Source of the DNA: a bacterium
Lineage (GTDB): Bacteria; RBG-13-61-14; DATKZS01
Direction of reading: 5' to 3'
NCBI GenBank assembly: GCA_963674965.2
Contig: CAXXFL010000001.1
Coordinates: 256,001-320,000, forward strand
DNA length: 64,000 nucleotides
Below are positions 28,589-38,340 of this stretch, one piece after another. Every line of letters starts with the position of its first letter. Position 1 is the stretch's first letter. The position numbers and the translations under genes were made by a program. Below the pieces are notes generated by a model. That model ran no database searches. It was not told the DNA's origin and saw only the letters and a list, made by a program, of their open reading frames with translations.

Positions 28589-29529
28589 TGAAAAACACGA
28601 TCGTCGTCGTCGGCTCCTCCAACGCGGACATGGTGGTGAAGACCTCGCGGCTTCCTCGCCCGGGGGAGACGGTCCTGGGAGGGGAGTTCTTCCAGGCGCC
28701 CGGCGGCAAGGGCGCCAACCAGGCCGTAAGCGCCGCCCGCGCCGGCGGCAAGGTCGTCTTTATCGCCCGCGTTGGACGGGACGCTCTGGGAGACCGGCTG
28801 ATCGAGGGATACGAAAAAGACGGGATTAACGTTGGCCTGGTGACGCGAAGCGGGGACAAGCCCTCCGGCGTTGCCTTGATCATGGTCGGCGGCAATGGCG
28901 AAAACTCCATCGCCGTGGCGGCGGGGGCCAACTCCGAGCTCGCGCCCGAGCATATCGAAAAGGCCGGGGACGTCTTCTCGTCCGCCTTGGTCTTGCTGGT
29001 CCAGTTGGAGATACCCCTCGATACGGTCGAGACGGCCGTCCGTATGGCCGCGGAAAACGGGGCGATGGTGATACTCAATCCCGCTCCCGCCCGAGAGCTT
29101 GGCGAGGAAATTTTATCAAAGGTCGACGTTATCACTCCCAACCGATCCGAGACAAAAGCCTTGACCGGAATTGATATCGATAGCGGGCGGGACTTGCCAC
29201 GCGCCGCCGACGTTTTGATCGGCAAGGGCGTAAAGCGGGTCGTCATAACCCTGGGAGCGGAGGGGGCTTATTTAAAGGAAGCGGATTATGAAGGCCCCCT
29301 GCCCGGATACGAGGTGGAGGCGGTGGACGCGACGGCGGCCGGTGACGTTTTCAACGGCGCGCTGGCCGCGGCCCTTACGAAGGGAAAGCCTTTCAAGATG
29401 GCGGTCGAGTTCGCCAACGCGGCCGCGGCGATCTCAGTGCAAAAACTCGGCGCCCAGACGTCAATCCCCTATAAGCGGGCAATCGACGACTTTATAAAAA
29501 CGAGGGGGAAGCCCAGGATAAGCCTTTAG
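28588..29529 (+). CDS. rbsK: Ribokinase
   Basis: VGSSNADM, PGGKGANQA, QLEIP, LNPAPA, DATAAGDVF; TAATG coupling. Confidence 0.93.
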   Translation: MKNTIVVVGSSNADMVVKTSRLPRPGETVLGGEFFQAPGGKGANQAVSAARAGGKVVFIARVGRDALGDRLIEGYEKDGINVGLVTRSGDKPSGVALIMVGGNGENSIAVAAGANSELAPEHIEKAGDVFSSALVLLVQLEIPLDTVETAVRMAAENGAMVILNPAPARELGEEILSKVDVITPNRSETKALTGIDIDSGRDLPRAADVLIGKGVKRVVITLGAEGAYLKEADYEGPLPGYEVEAVDATAAGDVFNGALAAALTKGKPFKMAVEFANAAAAISVQKLGAQTSIPYKRAIDDFIKTRGKPRISL

Positions 29530-29614
29530 CCGGAAAGGTTGGAATCTGAAATTATAATCGAAGCGCTCTGAAATTGTCCCCTTATCGCTCACGCTCGATC
29601 TTTCTCTCCTATGG

Positions 29615-30331
29615 CTAATCACTTTCCCGTTCCCTGGTCATGAACAGGAGATATAGGGGCGGGTCGTCGATGGCGTGGTCGTACATGGTGCAGTGGATTC
29701 TTGTATGGGTCTTGAATCCCATGTGCTCGTAGAAGGGCACGGCCTCACGGTTGTGTGAGGTGGTGCCGAGGTGGACTCCTTTGATTCCATTGTCCTTAAG
29801 GTAGTCGAAGAGGGCGGTCATCATGGCCTTGCCCACGCCCTGGCCGCGCAGGCCGGGGTCGGCTATGTTGGTGTGAAGATGGGCGGGAAAGACGGGTAGT
29901 ATCTCGTTGTAGGGTACCTTGAATTCCCCGCGCCTCGCGCTCCCGGCGTAGGCCCGGACGAACCGCCGGTTGAGAGGGTGGCGCCACCACGAGTAGCGGA
30001 GCATGCGCGCGGCGGCCCTGGGAAGGATGGACTTGTTCCACGCGGCCATCTGTTTTTTCGTGTCCAGGCAGCCCAGGATGTATCCCTCCACTCGCCCTTC
30101 GACCTCGGCGACGAAGGCGCTTTGCGGCTCGCGGTCGGTCCAATATGAAGACCAGAGGTCGGCGAAAATTTCCCTGCCGATGAAGACGTTCTCCTGGGGC
30201 CGCCCGATAAAGCCGGTCTCCGAGCAAATCCAGCGGACCCTCTCCCGGTCGTTTGGCCGGTAAGACCTTGTCACCAGGCGCCTTCCGTCCCGGGTTTCGC
30301 TTTCCCTGTAAAGCTCCTTATGATTCATCAT
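29615..30331 (-). CDS. GNAT-family N-acetyltransferase
   Basis: PAHLHTNI, RGQGVG acetyl-CoA motif, GVHLG, FYEHMGF. Confidence 0.88.
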   Translation of the reverse strand: MMNHKELYRESETRDGRRLVTRSYRPNDRERVRWICSETGFIGRPQENVFIGREIFADLWSSYWTDREPQSAFVAEVEGRVEGYILGCLDTKKQMAAWNKSILPRAAARMLRYSWWRHPLNRRFVRAYAGSARRGEFKVPYNEILPVFPAHLHTNIADPGLRGQGVGKAMMTALFDYLKDNGIKGVHLGTTSHNREAVPFYEHMGFKTHTRIHCTMYDHAIDDPPLYLLFMTRERESD

Positions 30332-30357
30332 GGCGGGGAATATTATAAGGTCCTCGG

Positions 30358-32781
30358 TTAAACGTAGAGCTTCCTGAGGGCCTCGAAAAGCTCCTTGGCG
30401 TCGGCGAAGCGCTCCTCCGGCTTCTTGTTCATGCAGCGGAGTATCACCTCGTTGAGACCCGCGGGGAGGGAAGGATCGATGGACCTGGCCTCCGGCGGCG
30501 GCGTGTGAACGTGGTGATAGGAGGCGTCGCCCTTAATAAAGGGGAGCCTTCCCGTGGCCATCTCGAACATGGTCACCCCGAGGGAGTAAAGGTCGGTGCG
30601 GTGGTCGATGTTCCTTCCCAGGGTCTGCTCGGGGCTCATGTAATAGGGCGTGCCCGAGGCGATGGTCTGATATCCTTTAACTTCCTCGATGACCTTGGCC
30701 AGGCCGAAGTCCATGATCTTGACCTGCTTCTGGGGGGTCCACATAACGTTCGAGCTTTTGATATCGCGATGAACGATCCGTTTTTCATGGGCGTACTCAA
30801 GGGCGCGGCATATCTGTCCCGCGATCATGAGGACGGCCCTGACGGGCAGCTTCTTCTCCCGGTTGAGTATCTGCTTGACCGTCTCGCCCTCGATGTATTC
30901 CATGGCGATGTAATAGGCGCCGTTCTCCTCGCCCGCGTCGTAGACGGTGACGATGTTGGGATGGTTTAATCGTGCCGCGCTTTTGGCCTCGCGGAAGAAG
31001 TTCTTCAGGGCCTGGGGATGCTCGCGGAGGTTGGAGGGCAGGACCTTGAAGGCCACCGTCCTTTCGAGGATGGTATCGGTGGCCTTGTACACTATGCCCA
31101 TGCCGCCCCTTCCTATCTCCTTGTGCAGCTTGTAGCGGCCGGTCCTCGAGACCTGGGCGGCGGCGGGGCCCCCGCCTTTAGTCGGCGTTATGGACGGGCT
31201 CCGGTCCCCGCTGGGGGTCCCCGTGGCCGAGCCCGGCGCGCTGTCCGCCACGGTCTGGGCGCTTTTGATCGAGTTGAGCCGGTCGGCCACGTCCTTGTAG
31301 TGGAAGTCCAGGACGATGATCCTCTCGAAGATGCTGGCCGCCTGGGCGCTTTTGCCCATCCGCTCGGAGCAGAGCGCGAGCTGGTAGTAGTTCTCGAGGT
31401 TGTCCCTCGATATTTCCTCGTCCTTGGTCGAGCGCTTGAAGTACTCGAGGGCCAGGTCGTTCATGCCCTTTTCCCGGAAAATCTGGCCCAGGAGCAGCGA
31501 GGCGGCGGCGTATTGAGGGTCGTCGAACTCGACCTGCTGGAGGGCGTGAATGGCCTTGTCCAGAAGTCCCCGCTCGAAGTAGTTGGTGCCGGCCGCGATA
31601 TAGTCGCCGGACTTCTCGAGGGCCTCGGCCTGTCCGCCCAGGTCGCCGGCGCGGGCGTAGAAGTTGGCGGCCGTCGAGTATTCCCCCCCCGCCATCGAGG
31701 CCTTGGCCGCCCGGGCGTAGTCCCGGGACTTCTCGAAGCACTTCGAGGCGTCGGCGAACATTCCGGCCCTCTCGTAGCTCTCCCCCGCCTGGTTCCACTC
31801 CTCGAACTCGCGGTGAATCTCGCCCGCCTTGTCGTGCCTTCCGGCTTTTTTCAGGTAAGGGAGGGCCTCCTTGCGATGGCCCAGATCAAGGTAGTAATCG
31901 GCGCGCAGCTCGGCTCCCTGGATATCCTCTCCGGCCTTCTCGTAGCAGGAGGCCGCCTTTAAAAGCCATCCCGCCTCGATGTATGCCAGGGCCGCCTCCT
32001 CGAGCCTCGAGGTCTGCTCGAGGACCTCGGCGGTGAGGATGGTCCATTTTCCGGCCTGGTAAGCCTCGACCGCCTCCTCGAGCCTCCCGGCCGAGCGGTA
32101 AAGGTCTCCCGCCTGGCGGGCCAGCAGACGAAGGGGCATGCTGTCCCTGGCCGAGAGGTCGTCGGGCAGCCGGGCTTTCTCCTGGCCGTGACATCTCCAT
32201 ACCGCGTCGGCCGCCTTGGCGTGGTTCTGGCTTTTCTCGAACATGCGGGAGGCCCGGCGATAAAGACCAAGGTCAAGATAAATCCTGGCCGACCGCTCGT
32301 TGTCGCCCGCCTTCTCGAAGGTCTCGGCCGCCTTGACCGCGTCTCCCGCCACGAGGTAGGCCTCGGCCGCTTGAGCGTGCTTTTGCACCTGCATGAAAAG
32401 AGAGGCGGCCCGGGCGTAGTCCTTGCTCTCGAGCCAGGCCTCGGCCGCGCGGTCCACGTTCTTGGCCTTTAAGTAACTCTCGGCCGCCTTGAAGAAGTTC
32501 CCGCCTTTTTTATAGAGCTCGGCCGCTTCCTCGAACCTCTCGAGGTGCAGGTTCAGGTCCCCCGCCAGGCGATAGGCCTCGACCTTGGTCAGCTCGCCGG
32601 CCTTTTTCTCGATCCAGGCCTTGCTCTTCCCCTCGAGGTTGATCTGCGTCTCGTACTCGGCGAGCTTCTGGTCGCGCCTGTAAACGATAAGGAACAAGAT
32701 GGCGAGAAGCAGCACGCACACGCCGGAGGCGGCGAGCAGGGTCGAGTAATCCACGACGGGGATGAGCTGGGAAAGGTTCAA
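30358..32781 (-). CDS. Membrane-anchored Ser/Thr protein kinase with TPR/SNAP-like repeats
   Basis: TTG start overlapping the queH stop with GGAGG RBS; N-terminal TM; alpha-solenoid repeats; GRGGMG, VAFK, HRDIKSSN, DFG, YMSPE. Confidence 0.92.
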   Translation of the reverse strand: MNLSQLIPVVDYSTLLAASGVCVLLLAILFLIVYRRDQKLAEYETQINLEGKSKAWIEKKAGELTKVEAYRLAGDLNLHLERFEEAAELYKKGGNFFKAAESYLKAKNVDRAAEAWLESKDYARAASLFMQVQKHAQAAEAYLVAGDAVKAAETFEKAGDNERSARIYLDLGLYRRASRMFEKSQNHAKAADAVWRCHGQEKARLPDDLSARDSMPLRLLARQAGDLYRSAGRLEEAVEAYQAGKWTILTAEVLEQTSRLEEAALAYIEAGWLLKAASCYEKAGEDIQGAELRADYYLDLGHRKEALPYLKKAGRHDKAGEIHREFEEWNQAGESYERAGMFADASKCFEKSRDYARAAKASMAGGEYSTAANFYARAGDLGGQAEALEKSGDYIAAGTNYFERGLLDKAIHALQQVEFDDPQYAAASLLLGQIFREKGMNDLALEYFKRSTKDEEISRDNLENYYQLALCSERMGKSAQAASIFERIIVLDFHYKDVADRLNSIKSAQTVADSAPGSATGTPSGDRSPSITPTKGGGPAAAQVSRTGRYKLHKEIGRGGMGIVYKATDTILERTVAFKVLPSNLREHPQALKNFFREAKSAARLNHPNIVTVYDAGEENGAYYIAMEYIEGETVKQILNREKKLPVRAVLMIAGQICRALEYAHEKRIVHRDIKSSNVMWTPQKQVKIMDFGLAKVIEEVKGYQTIASGTPYYMSPEQTLGRNIDHRTDLYSLGVTMFEMATGRLPFIKGDASYHHVHTPPPEARSIDPSLPAGLNEVILRCMNKKPEERFADAKELFEALRKLYV

Positions 32782-33350
32782 TTGAGCCCCTCCCCTTCGC
32801 GGGGGGGAGGCCCGAGAAACCTGTCCCTCTCGCTGTAAACGCAGCCGCAATATTGCTGCCGGTAAAGGCCCATCTCCTTGCTCGACTGGATGCCGGCTTT
32901 CCAGCCCGTCCTGAAATCGCGGTAAAGGAACTTGACCCCGGCCTCCTCCGCCGCGGCCTCCGCCATGTCGCGTATCTTCTCGTGCTTTTGTTGCCTCGAG
33001 TATAAAAGAGTCGTCGTGAAGGCGTCGAACTTGCCCTTTCTCGCTATCCGGGCCGCGGCCTCGAGTCTTTTCCCGTAACAGAGAGTGCATCTTTGGGATT
33101 CGCGAAAAACGACCATCCGGAGCCATTCTTCCAGGTTGTAACCCGGGTCCTCGATCAGGGGCAGCCCCTTTTTCAGGGCCAGGGTCCTGACCGCCTCGAG
33201 CCGTCTTTCGAATTCCTGGTAGGGATGGACGTTGGGATTATAAAAATAAAGATGCAAAGACGCGCCCTCCGCCGTCAGGGCGTCCACCGGATAGGCCGCG
33301 CAGGGACCGCAGCAACAGTGGACGAGGACCCGGAGACGCTTCACTTCCAT
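32778..33350 (-). CDS. queH: Epoxyqueuosine reductase QueH (start 33350 or GTG 33344)
   Basis: HCCCGPC, YNPNVHP..E, RC..CY..RL, FTTTLLYS, YRQQYCGC. Confidence 0.93.
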   Translation of the reverse strand: MEVKRLRVLVHCCCGPCAAYPVDALTAEGASLHLYFYNPNVHPYQEFERRLEAVRTLALKKGLPLIEDPGYNLEEWLRMVVFRESQRCTLCYGKRLEAAARIARKGKFDAFTTTLLYSRQQKHEKIRDMAEAAAEEAGVKFLYRDFRTGWKAGIQSSKEMGLYRQQYCGCVYSERDRFLGPPPREGEGLN

Positions 33351-35095
33351 ATAGGGACTCCCAGACAATAAAGGGCCGCCAGCGCCGCCCCCAGCGCGAT
33401 AACGTTGAGGGCCGATAAAAAGCCGTTGGCCACGAAGAGCCTTTTTTCCTTGCCCTCGCTCCCTCTCGAGGTAAGGAAACCCAGCGTGAAGGACATGAGC
33501 GAGACGAGTATTCCCGCCGTTGCCCCCATGCTCAGGGCCCTGGCGCCGGAGAACCAGAAATGGCCCGAGGAGGCGGCGAATAGAGGGGTAAGGGCGAAGT
33601 TGACGGGCCCGGCCACCAGACAGATAAAGAGGGCGAGGTAAACGGGCCTTGACCGGTGCGACAGTAGCAGGTATCCCATCTCCTGGGTCTTGCAGGACCG
33701 GCAGGATTTTCCCTCCTCGAGGATGGACCCGCACGACGGGCATCTCGGGTCCCCCTGCTTGCGCGTGATCCTGGCGCCCTCGATCCGGGCCCCGGTAAGG
33801 TCGGCGCCCGTCATCTCGACGTCCTCGAGGGTCGCGTCGCTCAGGTTGGCGCCGGTCATGGTGGCCTTTTCCATGACGGCGGCCTTCATGGTGGTCCTGC
33901 TCAGGTTCGCGTTTTGCAAGTTGGCGTGCTTTAAAAAGGCCCGGTCGAGCCTGGCGCCCGAGAAGTTCGCGCCCCTGGCGTTGGCCCGGTCGAGCGTCGC
34001 TCCGGTCAGGTTCGCCCCCGCCAATCCCGCCTTATGGAGGTTGGCGACCTTTAACGTGGCCAGGCTCAGGTCGGCCCCCGCCAGGTTGGCCCCGGAAAGG
34101 TCGCCGCCCGAGAGGTCCGCGCTTTTGAGGTTGGACTGGCTGAGGTCCATGCCCGTCAGCTTTATTCCCAGGGCTATGGCCTCCTCCAAGTCGGGGTTAA
34201 CCAGTCGGCATTCCTCCAACTCGGCCCCCGTGAGGTCGGCCTTGTAAAAGCCGCAGGAGATGAAGTCGGAACCCCGGAAATTAGACCCTTTAAGCTTGGC
34301 GCCAGCGAACTGAACGCCCATGAAGCCGGCCTTCTCCGCCTTGGCCCCCGCCAGGTCCGCGTCGGTCAAATCAACCGTCTGCCATTGGGCCTCGTTAAGC
34401 GAGGCGTCTTTAAAATCGCACCCGTCCAAAAGGGACTCGCGTAGGACGGACCCGGTGAGGTCGGCCCCCTCGAGGAACGCGCCCGGCGCGTCGAGACCCT
34501 TCGCCTTCAGCCCCCTTAAATTGGCGGACCGCAACGAGGCCCCCGCCAATAAGGCCGAGTCGAGCCTGGCGCCCTCCAATTTCGCGTCTTGCAGGTGAGC
34601 CTCGGAGAGGTCGACGCCGGACAGGTCCATCCCCGAGAGGTCCACCTCGGCCAGGGAGGAACCAACCAGCCTGGCGCCCTTGAAAAGCGAGGGCGATACC
34701 GTCGCGCCCGTAAGATCGGCCCCCTCGAGAGACGAGCCGGAAATCTCCAGACCCTGGAGGTTGACGCCCCTTAAAAGGCAGCGGGCAAAGTTACCGTTGT
34801 TGATCTTGGCCTCGTCGAGCGCCGCTCCCTCCAGGACCGCCGCCTCGGCCTCGCAGTTTTTGAGGACGCTTCCGGAAAGCACGGCGTTTCTGAGAACGGC
34901 CTTATTCAGAACGCAATCGCGGAAAAGGGCCCCCTCCAGGTCGGCGAAGGAAAGGTCGGCCTCGCTGAAGTCGCACTTGTCGAACACGGCTTTCCTGAGA
35001 AATATCCGGGACATGTCCCGGCCGGAAAAGGATTCCTCCCTCACGGTTTCGCCGCGTTTGATTTTTTCTTCCAGCTCTTTAAATTCTTCTTCCAA
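33341..35095 (-). CDS. Long pentapeptide-repeat protein with Zn-ribbon and three C-terminal TM helices
   Basis: About 420 aa of A(D/N)LxG repeats, then CPSC...CRSC and three hydrophobic segments. Confidence 0.9.
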   Translation of the reverse strand: MEEEFKELEEKIKRGETVREESFSGRDMSRIFLRKAVFDKCDFSEADLSFADLEGALFRDCVLNKAVLRNAVLSGSVLKNCEAEAAVLEGAALDEAKINNGNFARCLLRGVNLQGLEISGSSLEGADLTGATVSPSLFKGARLVGSSLAEVDLSGMDLSGVDLSEAHLQDAKLEGARLDSALLAGASLRSANLRGLKAKGLDAPGAFLEGADLTGSVLRESLLDGCDFKDASLNEAQWQTVDLTDADLAGAKAEKAGFMGVQFAGAKLKGSNFRGSDFISCGFYKADLTGAELEECRLVNPDLEEAIALGIKLTGMDLSQSNLKSADLSGGDLSGANLAGADLSLATLKVANLHKAGLAGANLTGATLDRANARGANFSGARLDRAFLKHANLQNANLSRTTMKAAVMEKATMTGANLSDATLEDVEMTGADLTGARIEGARITRKQGDPRCPSCGSILEEGKSCRSCKTQEMGYLLLSHRSRPVYLALFICLVAGPVNFALTPLFAASSGHFWFSGARALSMGATAGILVSLMSFTLGFLTSRGSEGKEKRLFVANGFLSALNVIALGAALAALYCLGVPIWK

Positions 35096-35275
35096 GACCC
35101 GTACTCTATCGGACCGACTCGCCTTTTTCTTCTTGCGCGGGAGTAAATCATCCCTAATCGGCCCAGTTTAAAATTATAGCACGCCGGCGAAAGGCGCAAA
35201 ACTTAGTGAAGTTCCCCCATTTTTTCAGACCTTGGGATGTACGTCTCGTGGCGGTCTGTAAACAAATCGAAGGCC

Positions 35276-35491
35276 AAGCCCGAAGGGCTTTAACATGAGT
35301 AGCCGCAGGCGCCAGCCTACGGGAGGCGTGGCCAAAAATTCTTCCCCGCCCCTGAAAGGGGCGAACCTTGCCGGGCGTAGGCAATACACGTCGCCGTTGG
35401 TCCGGCCCTTTCAGGGCCGAAGAATAGTTTCAAGCCATCCTTTCCGTAGGCTGGCGCCTGCGGCTATTCGAATTTCCCCCTTTCAGGGGGA
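35276..35491. repeat. REP/MITE-like palindromic element (CCCTGAAAGGG type)
   Basis: 26-bp inverted repeat at 35297-35322 and 35444-35469 (1 mismatch), plus four hairpins at 35276, 35347, 35403 and 35475. Confidence 0.85.
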
Positions 35492-35778
35492 GGAGGCCGC
35501 GTCCGTTTCAGCGGCGCCCCAGACCATCCGCGCGAGGAGGCGACGGTTGATTTTCACCTCGAGCGGAGGACAACTTGCCGAATGAAAAAAGTAACCAAGA
35601 GCGAAACGGTCAAAATTGGGAGAAGTTCCGGCAAAACTTATCCCCCGCGATAAGAACGCGTAACTGGTATCGAAGTTTCTCTGGCCGCGGCTAAGCCGGG
35701 AATTAGATGGACCCGGGGGAGGGTCAAGGTGTATACTGGAAAAAAAACGGGGGCACGCCTCGATTAAAGGAATTGCAA

Positions 35779-36324
35779 ATGAATAAGGACCAGGCGATAA
35801 GGCTTATGGAGGAGAGGATCAAGAACAAGAACCTCAGGAAACACGTCCTGGCGGTGGCCGCCGTTATGAAGCGTCTGGCGGCCCATTTCCAGGAGGACGA
35901 GGAAAAATGGGAGGTGGTGGGGCTGCTCCACGACCTGGACTACGAGGAGACCGCCGACGACCCCGGCCGGCACGGTCTGGTCAGCGCCGAGTGGCTCGAG
36001 CAAATGGGCGTCGAGTCCGACGTGGTAAACGCGGTCAAGGCCCACGCGGACAAGGCCCCTCGCGACTCGATGATGGACAAGGCCGTCTACTGCTCGGACC
36101 CGGTTACGGGTTTCCTGGTGGCCTGCGCTTTAATCCATCCGGACAAATCCCTCGAGCCCATTGACGTGGAATTCGCCTTGAAGAGGATCAAGGAGAAGCG
36201 CTTCGCCGCCGGCGCCAGCCGTGAGCGCATGGCGTCCTGTTCCGAGCTCGGCCTTTCCATGGAGGAGTTCATGGGTATTGCCCTCGAGGCGATGAGGGAC
36301 AGCCGGAAGGTCCTCGGGCTTTAA
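35779..36324 (+). CDS. HDIG-domain metal-dependent phosphohydrolase
   Basis: NLRKH.LAV..VM, GLLHDLD, HG, TGFLVACAL, KRFAAG. Confidence 0.9.
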   Translation: MNKDQAIRLMEERIKNKNLRKHVLAVAAVMKRLAAHFQEDEEKWEVVGLLHDLDYEETADDPGRHGLVSAEWLEQMGVESDVVNAVKAHADKAPRDSMMDKAVYCSDPVTGFLVACALIHPDKSLEPIDVEFALKRIKEKRFAAGASRERMASCSELGLSMEEFMGIALEAMRDSRKVLGL

Positions 36325-36386
36325 CGGGCGTTCCAGCCGCTTGGCGCCTGTTGCCCGCAAAGGGAGAATGGCGGTACAATATCCTT

Positions 36387-37538
36387 ATGAGCGAAGATGG
36401 ACAGGGTGAGGACGTAATATCTCTTGACGAGGTATTTCCCGACGACGAGACCATCAGCCTGACCCTCTCGGCCGAGGAGTGGGAAGTCATCATACTTCTG
36501 GCCGAGCTTGGAGGCTCGGGCTCGGTAAGGCTCCTGCGCGAGAAGTCGGGGATGGTCGAGGACGGCTTTAACTCTCTGGTTTCCTCACTTATCGAGCGGG
36601 GCATCGCGGCGCGGGGGGTCTCCGAGTCTCCCTCCGAGGCGGTAAAAAGCGCCCCCGACGCCGAGGTCGAGGCTTACCTCGAGTATCTTCAGGACCTAAA
36701 TTACTACCAGATACTCCAGCTTGACGCGGAGTCCGACCTGGGCGACGTGAGGCGCTCGTACTTTCGGCTCATGCGCGAGTACCATCCCGACCGCTTCATG
36801 AAGGAGCAGAACCTTAAAAACCGGGAGAACCTCAAAGAAATTTTCCGCATCTTGACGAGGGCTTACGAGACCCTTTCCGAGCCGGAGGCAAGGAGGGAGT
36901 ACGATCTTTCCATCCCCGACTTCACGGGGGTGTACGAGAAAGAGGACGAGCAGGCTTTCGAGGCCCTCTGGACGGGCGGGACCGACGTGGGTCCTCTTCC
37001 CGAGAAGAACCCCGAGCTGGCCCGAAGCTTTTTCGAGAGCGCCCTCGAGGACTTCCAGCGGGAGGATTACGCGGCGGCGGAGCTGAATTTCAAGCTGGCC
37101 TTGTCCCTGGACTCGGAGGTTGCGGACTACAAGTCGGGCCTGGCCAAGACGCGCCGCATACTCAACAAGGACAAGGCCCGGGAGTTGGCCGTAAAGGCCC
37201 TCTATTACGAGGAGGAGGACAAACACGGCCAGGCGGCCAGGGCCATGGCCAGGGCGGCCGAGCTCGATCCCGAGGTGGCCGAGTACCGCTATGACCTGGC
37301 CCGCATACTCGAGAGCCACCTTGACGACCCGCAGGCGGCCAGAATGAACATCCTCCTCGCCCTGGACCGAAAGCCCGGCAAGATCGACTATCTTCTGCTG
37401 TTCGGCAAGATTCAGGAAAAGCTGGGAGAAATCCCCGACGCCAGAAGGACCTTCAAGAAGATATTGTCCCTGGATAAAAACAACGCCCAGGCCCAAAAGG
37501 CCCTTGGCAATATCGAAAAGAAAGCCAAGAACAAGTAA
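36387..37538 (+). CDS. DnaJ-domain plus TPR protein
   Basis: NYYQILQL...YHPDRF...AYETLS J-domain; C-terminal TPRs. Confidence 0.88.
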   Translation: MSEDGQGEDVISLDEVFPDDETISLTLSAEEWEVIILLAELGGSGSVRLLREKSGMVEDGFNSLVSSLIERGIAARGVSESPSEAVKSAPDAEVEAYLEYLQDLNYYQILQLDAESDLGDVRRSYFRLMREYHPDRFMKEQNLKNRENLKEIFRILTRAYETLSEPEARREYDLSIPDFTGVYEKEDEQAFEALWTGGTDVGPLPEKNPELARSFFESALEDFQREDYAAAELNFKLALSLDSEVADYKSGLAKTRRILNKDKARELAVKALYYEEEDKHGQAARAMARAAELDPEVAEYRYDLARILESHLDDPQAARMNILLALDRKPGKIDYLLLFGKIQEKLGEIPDARRTFKKILSLDKNNAQAQKALGNIEKKAKNK

Positions 37539-37561
37539 AGCGCTCCCGGCGGCGCGGGGAC

Positions 37562-38320
37562 CTAGGCCGGGGCCTTCCCATTATCGACTATTTCCCGGAG
37601 TTTGGCCGGATGGTCGGTAATGATTCCCTCCACTCCCAGGCCCAGCATCCTTTTCATCTCCTCTTCCCCGTTCACTCCCCAGGGCATGACCTTGATGCCT
37701 CTTTTGCGCTGGCGGGCCATGTATTCCTCGTCCACCTGGTAGGGCTGGGGGTGCTTGGAATAGGGCTTCAAAAAGGGCGCGAACCATATCCTGCGAAGGA
37801 GCAGAATGGGGTCGGAAATATAGTTCGAGCCCATTCGGATACGGGGCTCGAGCGCGGCCACTCTCTTGAGGATCACCGGGTTGAAGCTCGAGATGATTAC
37901 CGAGTCGATAAGCCCCCGTTCCCTTATCAGGGCCACGACGACTTTCTCGATGCCCTCGCAAAAGGGGTTGGGCCCTTTAAGCTCGACGTCGAGTATCATG
38001 TCCTTGCCGTAGTAATCGAGTACCTCCTCGAGGCGGGGGATGCGCTCGCCGGCGAAGCGGGGATGGAAATGGCTTCCCACGTCGAGCCTCTCGAGGGCGG
38101 CCAGGGTCATGGACTTGACCGCCCCTCTTCCCCCGGCGATCCGGTGTAAGGTCATGTCGTGAACCACCACGGGCGCCCCGTCCCGGGTCAACATGACGTC
38201 AACCTCGAACCCGTGCATGCCCGCGGCCTTGGCCTTCTCGAAGGCGGGCCAGGTGTTTTCAGGCGCCTCTCCCCCGGCGCCCCTGTGTCCCAGGAGAAGA
38301 GGAGTTGGAAAGTCCGTCAT
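37562..38320 (-). CDS. Glycerophosphodiester phosphodiesterase, cytoplasmic
   Basis: GHRGA..APENT, FEVDV, VHD, IITDHP. Confidence 0.92.
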   Translation of the reverse strand: MTDFPTPLLLGHRGAGGEAPENTWPAFEKAKAAGMHGFEVDVMLTRDGAPVVVHDMTLHRIAGGRGAVKSMTLAALERLDVGSHFHPRFAGERIPRLEEVLDYYGKDMILDVELKGPNPFCEGIEKVVVALIRERGLIDSVIISSFNPVILKRVAALEPRIRMGSNYISDPILLLRRIWFAPFLKPYSKHPQPYQVDEEYMARQRKRGIKVMPWGVNGEEEMKRMLGLGVEGIITDHPAKLREIVDNGKAPA

Positions 38321-38340
38321 CTAGCTAGTTCAAACCTCCG

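Noticed and set aside
32782..33743. Long N-terminal extensions of the kinase (to 33126) and QueH (to 33743) ORFs
   Set aside because: They overlap real upstream genes in other frames; coupled starts at 32781 and 33350/33344 fit better
33750..35050. 15-bp periodic DNA repeats as a CRISPR or tandem array
   Set aside because: Explained by pentapeptide-repeat coding; no identical repeats with unique spacers
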